Source: a virus
Taxonomy: Duplodnaviria > Heunggongvirae > Uroviricota > Caudoviricetes
Strand: one strand, 5' to 3'
IMG/VR virus record: IMGVR_UViG_3300028048_000105
DNA: 15,224 nt
The translations under genes were made by a program, and so were the position numbers. Shown piece after piece: positions 13,889 to 15,224 of the stretch (the first letter of the stretch is position 1; each line of letters starts with the position of its first letter). The notes under the pieces are model-generated. The model was not told where the DNA came from and made no database searches. It was given only the letters and a program-made list of their open reading frames with translations.

Positions 13889-14170
13889 TGTAAAGGTCAT
13901 AAACCGAGCTGCCAGGGTTACCGGCTGGCAGAAATCCTTTCGATATTTGTTTACACTTCCGGGTAATACCCGGAAGGGATAGTGAGGACGCAGCGTAAGC
14001 TGTTCCGGGTCCGACTCCCGGATATCCCTTTCAACTGCCGCATGCAGTTTCGTTTAACATTTTCACTGACCGGATGCGGCCTGTGGGTTTTCCTGCTGAA
14101 CCAAAATAACGATAACCGCCAGATTAACAGCAGCGTACGTTGGCGTGAAAACTATCGGCGTACAAGAATC
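13889..14170 (+). ncRNA. Candidate structured non-coding RNA
   Basis: No RBS-supported ORF between 13771 and 14317; several stems: 13909-15/13925-31, 13956-64/13968-76, 14033-38/14044-49, 14110-14/14153-57, 14117-21/14141-45; lies downstream of a conserved promoter-like repeat. Confidence 0.45.
13976..14028 (+). ncRNA. Mini tRNA-like element (acceptor-like stem, GNRA hairpin, T-arm); not a canonical tRNA
   Basis: gggata / tatccc outer stem, gcagc-gtaa-gctgt hairpin, tccggg-TCCGACT-cccgga T-arm-like hairpin; no D-arm, anticodon loop or encoded CCA. Confidence 0.5.
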
Positions 14171-14316
14171 TCCTTTCAGATTTGTTTACAAAAAATATCT
14201 CTTGTATTTTTTACACAAATATTGCAAACCATCTTGACACGTTCTGCAAAATGGTGCGACAATACAACAAGGATTTAAAAACAATGTCAACTTTTACAGA
14301 GAACCGGAGAAATACT

Positions 14317-14826
14317 ATGGAAAGAAAAGAGAATAAAGCTTTAATAAAAAGTGATGCAAAACCAGAAAAACAAAATGATAAATTAACCAAAGACGAAAAG
14401 GAAGAACTGGAAAATTTATGCCACCAGATCCATATCGCAAAGTGTGATGCAAATTCCATCCCTTATTACGAGCCGCCAATCGGTGCGCTTGCAGATGAAG
14501 TCTTAAAGGAAAATTTTAAAACCAAGGATTTAAAAACAGAAAGCCGGAGAATTTATTTTCTGTGCTTAAAACAGATGGAACAACACAAAGGAAAGAACAA
14601 CACACTTATTTCCGTGCTCTGTGTGGCAGCCGCTCTTGGAATAGTTGTATACGGGCTCACTTCTGCAACAGGTTCCATGCAGACACCGTGCATCATATTT
14701 GCCGCTATACTCGCACTCATCGGTGTGTGGGGAACGTTTGATACCTCCCCGCGTTTTACGAAGGTATACATTAAAGACCTACATGATTCTGCATATCGGC
14801 TTATGCATTTGCAACAGAAAAGGTAA
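14317..14826 (+). CDS. Hypothetical membrane protein with two predicted TM helices (169 aa)
   Basis: GGAG RBS precedes ATG 14317 (MERKENK); hydrophobic stretches ISVLCVAAALGIVVYGL and CIIFAAILALIGVWGTF. Confidence 0.75.
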   Translation: MERKENKALIKSDAKPEKQNDKLTKDEKEELENLCHQIHIAKCDANSIPYYEPPIGALADEVLKENFKTKDLKTESRRIYFLCLKQMEQHKGKNNTLISVLCVAAALGIVVYGLTSATGSMQTPCIIFAAILALIGVWGTFDTSPRFTKVYIKDLHDSAYRLMHLQQKR

Positions 14827-14889
14827 GAGGCTAGTGGATAAGGTATTACACAAAATCAAAATACATTAAGAAGAAAGAAGGAATATTTT

Positions 14890-15147
14890 ATGAAAGCAAA
14901 AAGAGGAACATTAACCCCAAGACAGACTGAACTTATGGAATTCTTATGGAGCGAGAACAAACCTATGACTTCCAATACAATGGCAGAGAAACTGGCACCA
15001 GCCGGTTGGAACAGTGTAACACTGTTTAAAACTGTACAGGCTCTTACCACAGACGGATTCCTTGAAGTTACCGGACTGGAGAAAACCGTAAAAACTTGGC
15101 TCTTCATTAGGATGTGTGGTATAGAAAATCGGCTTAAAGCCGCTTAA
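14890..15147 (+). CDS. BlaI/MecI/CopY-like winged-helix regulator, probably C-terminally truncated
   Basis: LTPRQTELMEFLWSENKPMT...WNSVTLFKTVQALTTDGFLEV follows the BlaI-family N-terminal pattern; resemblance stops after KTVKT and the protein is short (85 aa). Confidence 0.6.
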   Translation: MKAKRGTLTPRQTELMEFLWSENKPMTSNTMAEKLAPAGWNSVTLFKTVQALTTDGFLEVTGLEKTVKTWLFIRMCGIENRLKAA

Positions 15148-15224
15148 AACTTGAAAAAGCATATGTACTTCAGTATGATTTTTTTGCGAAGAAAAATCTA
15201 CAAGAAAGAAGTTACATATGCTCA
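15098..15224 (+). mobile_element. Possible left end of an insertion sequence (ISL3-like terminus)
   Basis: GGCTCTTC starts exactly where the BlaI-like resemblance stops; GGCTCT is a typical ISL3-family end; an ATG at 15218 could start a transposase beyond the window. No transposase is visible. Confidence 0.3.

Noticed and set aside
13960-14000. Group I intron or c-di-GMP riboswitch fragments (aagggatagt, ggacgcagc)
   Set aside because: Only short partial resemblance; partner elements (P7/R strand, GEMM stems) are not visible and no interrupted gene flanks the region.
13976-14170. Canonical tRNA, tRNA-Sec or tmRNA gene
   Set aside because: No D-arm or anticodon loop, only 22 nt between the acceptor-like strand and the T-arm, no G3:U70 pair and no tag ORF ending in an ALAA-like sequence.
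5827-14316. Long N-terminal extensions in the ORF track for ligA, the 227-aa gene, TIGR02452, spoVG, 12592-13236 and 14182-14826
   Set aside because: The extensions run through terminators, the cassette motif or upstream genes; strong RBSs support the downstream ATGs used here.
15091-15154. aaaacttg direct repeat flanking a 56-bp segment as a target-site duplication
   Set aside because: Removing the segment gives an immediate TGA rather than restoring the regulator frame; an 8-bp AT-rich match is likely chance.
449-15162. Many overlapping opposite-strand or alternate-frame ORFs in the track (e.g. 449-835, 972-1253, 4112-4642, 5911-6240, 5918-6304, 10368-10940, 12767-13453, 10825-11205)
   Set aside because: They lie inside or antisense to well-supported genes, lack RBSs and show no recognisable motifs; they are treated as shadow ORFs.

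Overview
This window looks like part of a large mobile or extrachromosomal element (jumbo phage or megaplasmid/ICE; class unresolved because no structural, integrase or conjugation genes are visible). The host is probably a Firmicute/Clostridia, inferred from strong GAAAGGAG ribosome-binding sites and a SpoVG-family gene. From 932 to 13771 every credible gene is on the minus strand, arranged in ten short units of 1-3 genes. Recognisable products are a CCA-adding tRNA nucleotidyltransferase with HD domain, NAD-dependent DNA ligase, a TIGR02452/PARG-like macrodomain protein, a SpoVG-family protein and RecA; the rest are hypotheticals. The units are separated by a repeated module: intrinsic terminator, T-tract, conserved TTTCATATT-N5-TGTA motif, GAAAGGAG RBS, ATG. 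The motif occurs nine times: seven exact, one with N6, one degenerate. Some copies are near-identical over about 50 bp, and three unrelated genes start with MKKEE. A second, 54-bp regulatory repeat (45/54 identical) occurs twice in opposite orientations: before the recA unit, and before a gene-free structured region at 13889-14170 that contains a 53-nt mini-tRNA-like fold. RecA is flanked by two proteins sharing an acidic DPF...AGW tail. A frameshifted ART-like gene, a low-GC insert, a decayed cassette and a possible IS end truncating a BlaI-like regulator indicate active turnover. All family calls come from motif recognition by eye; no searches were run.
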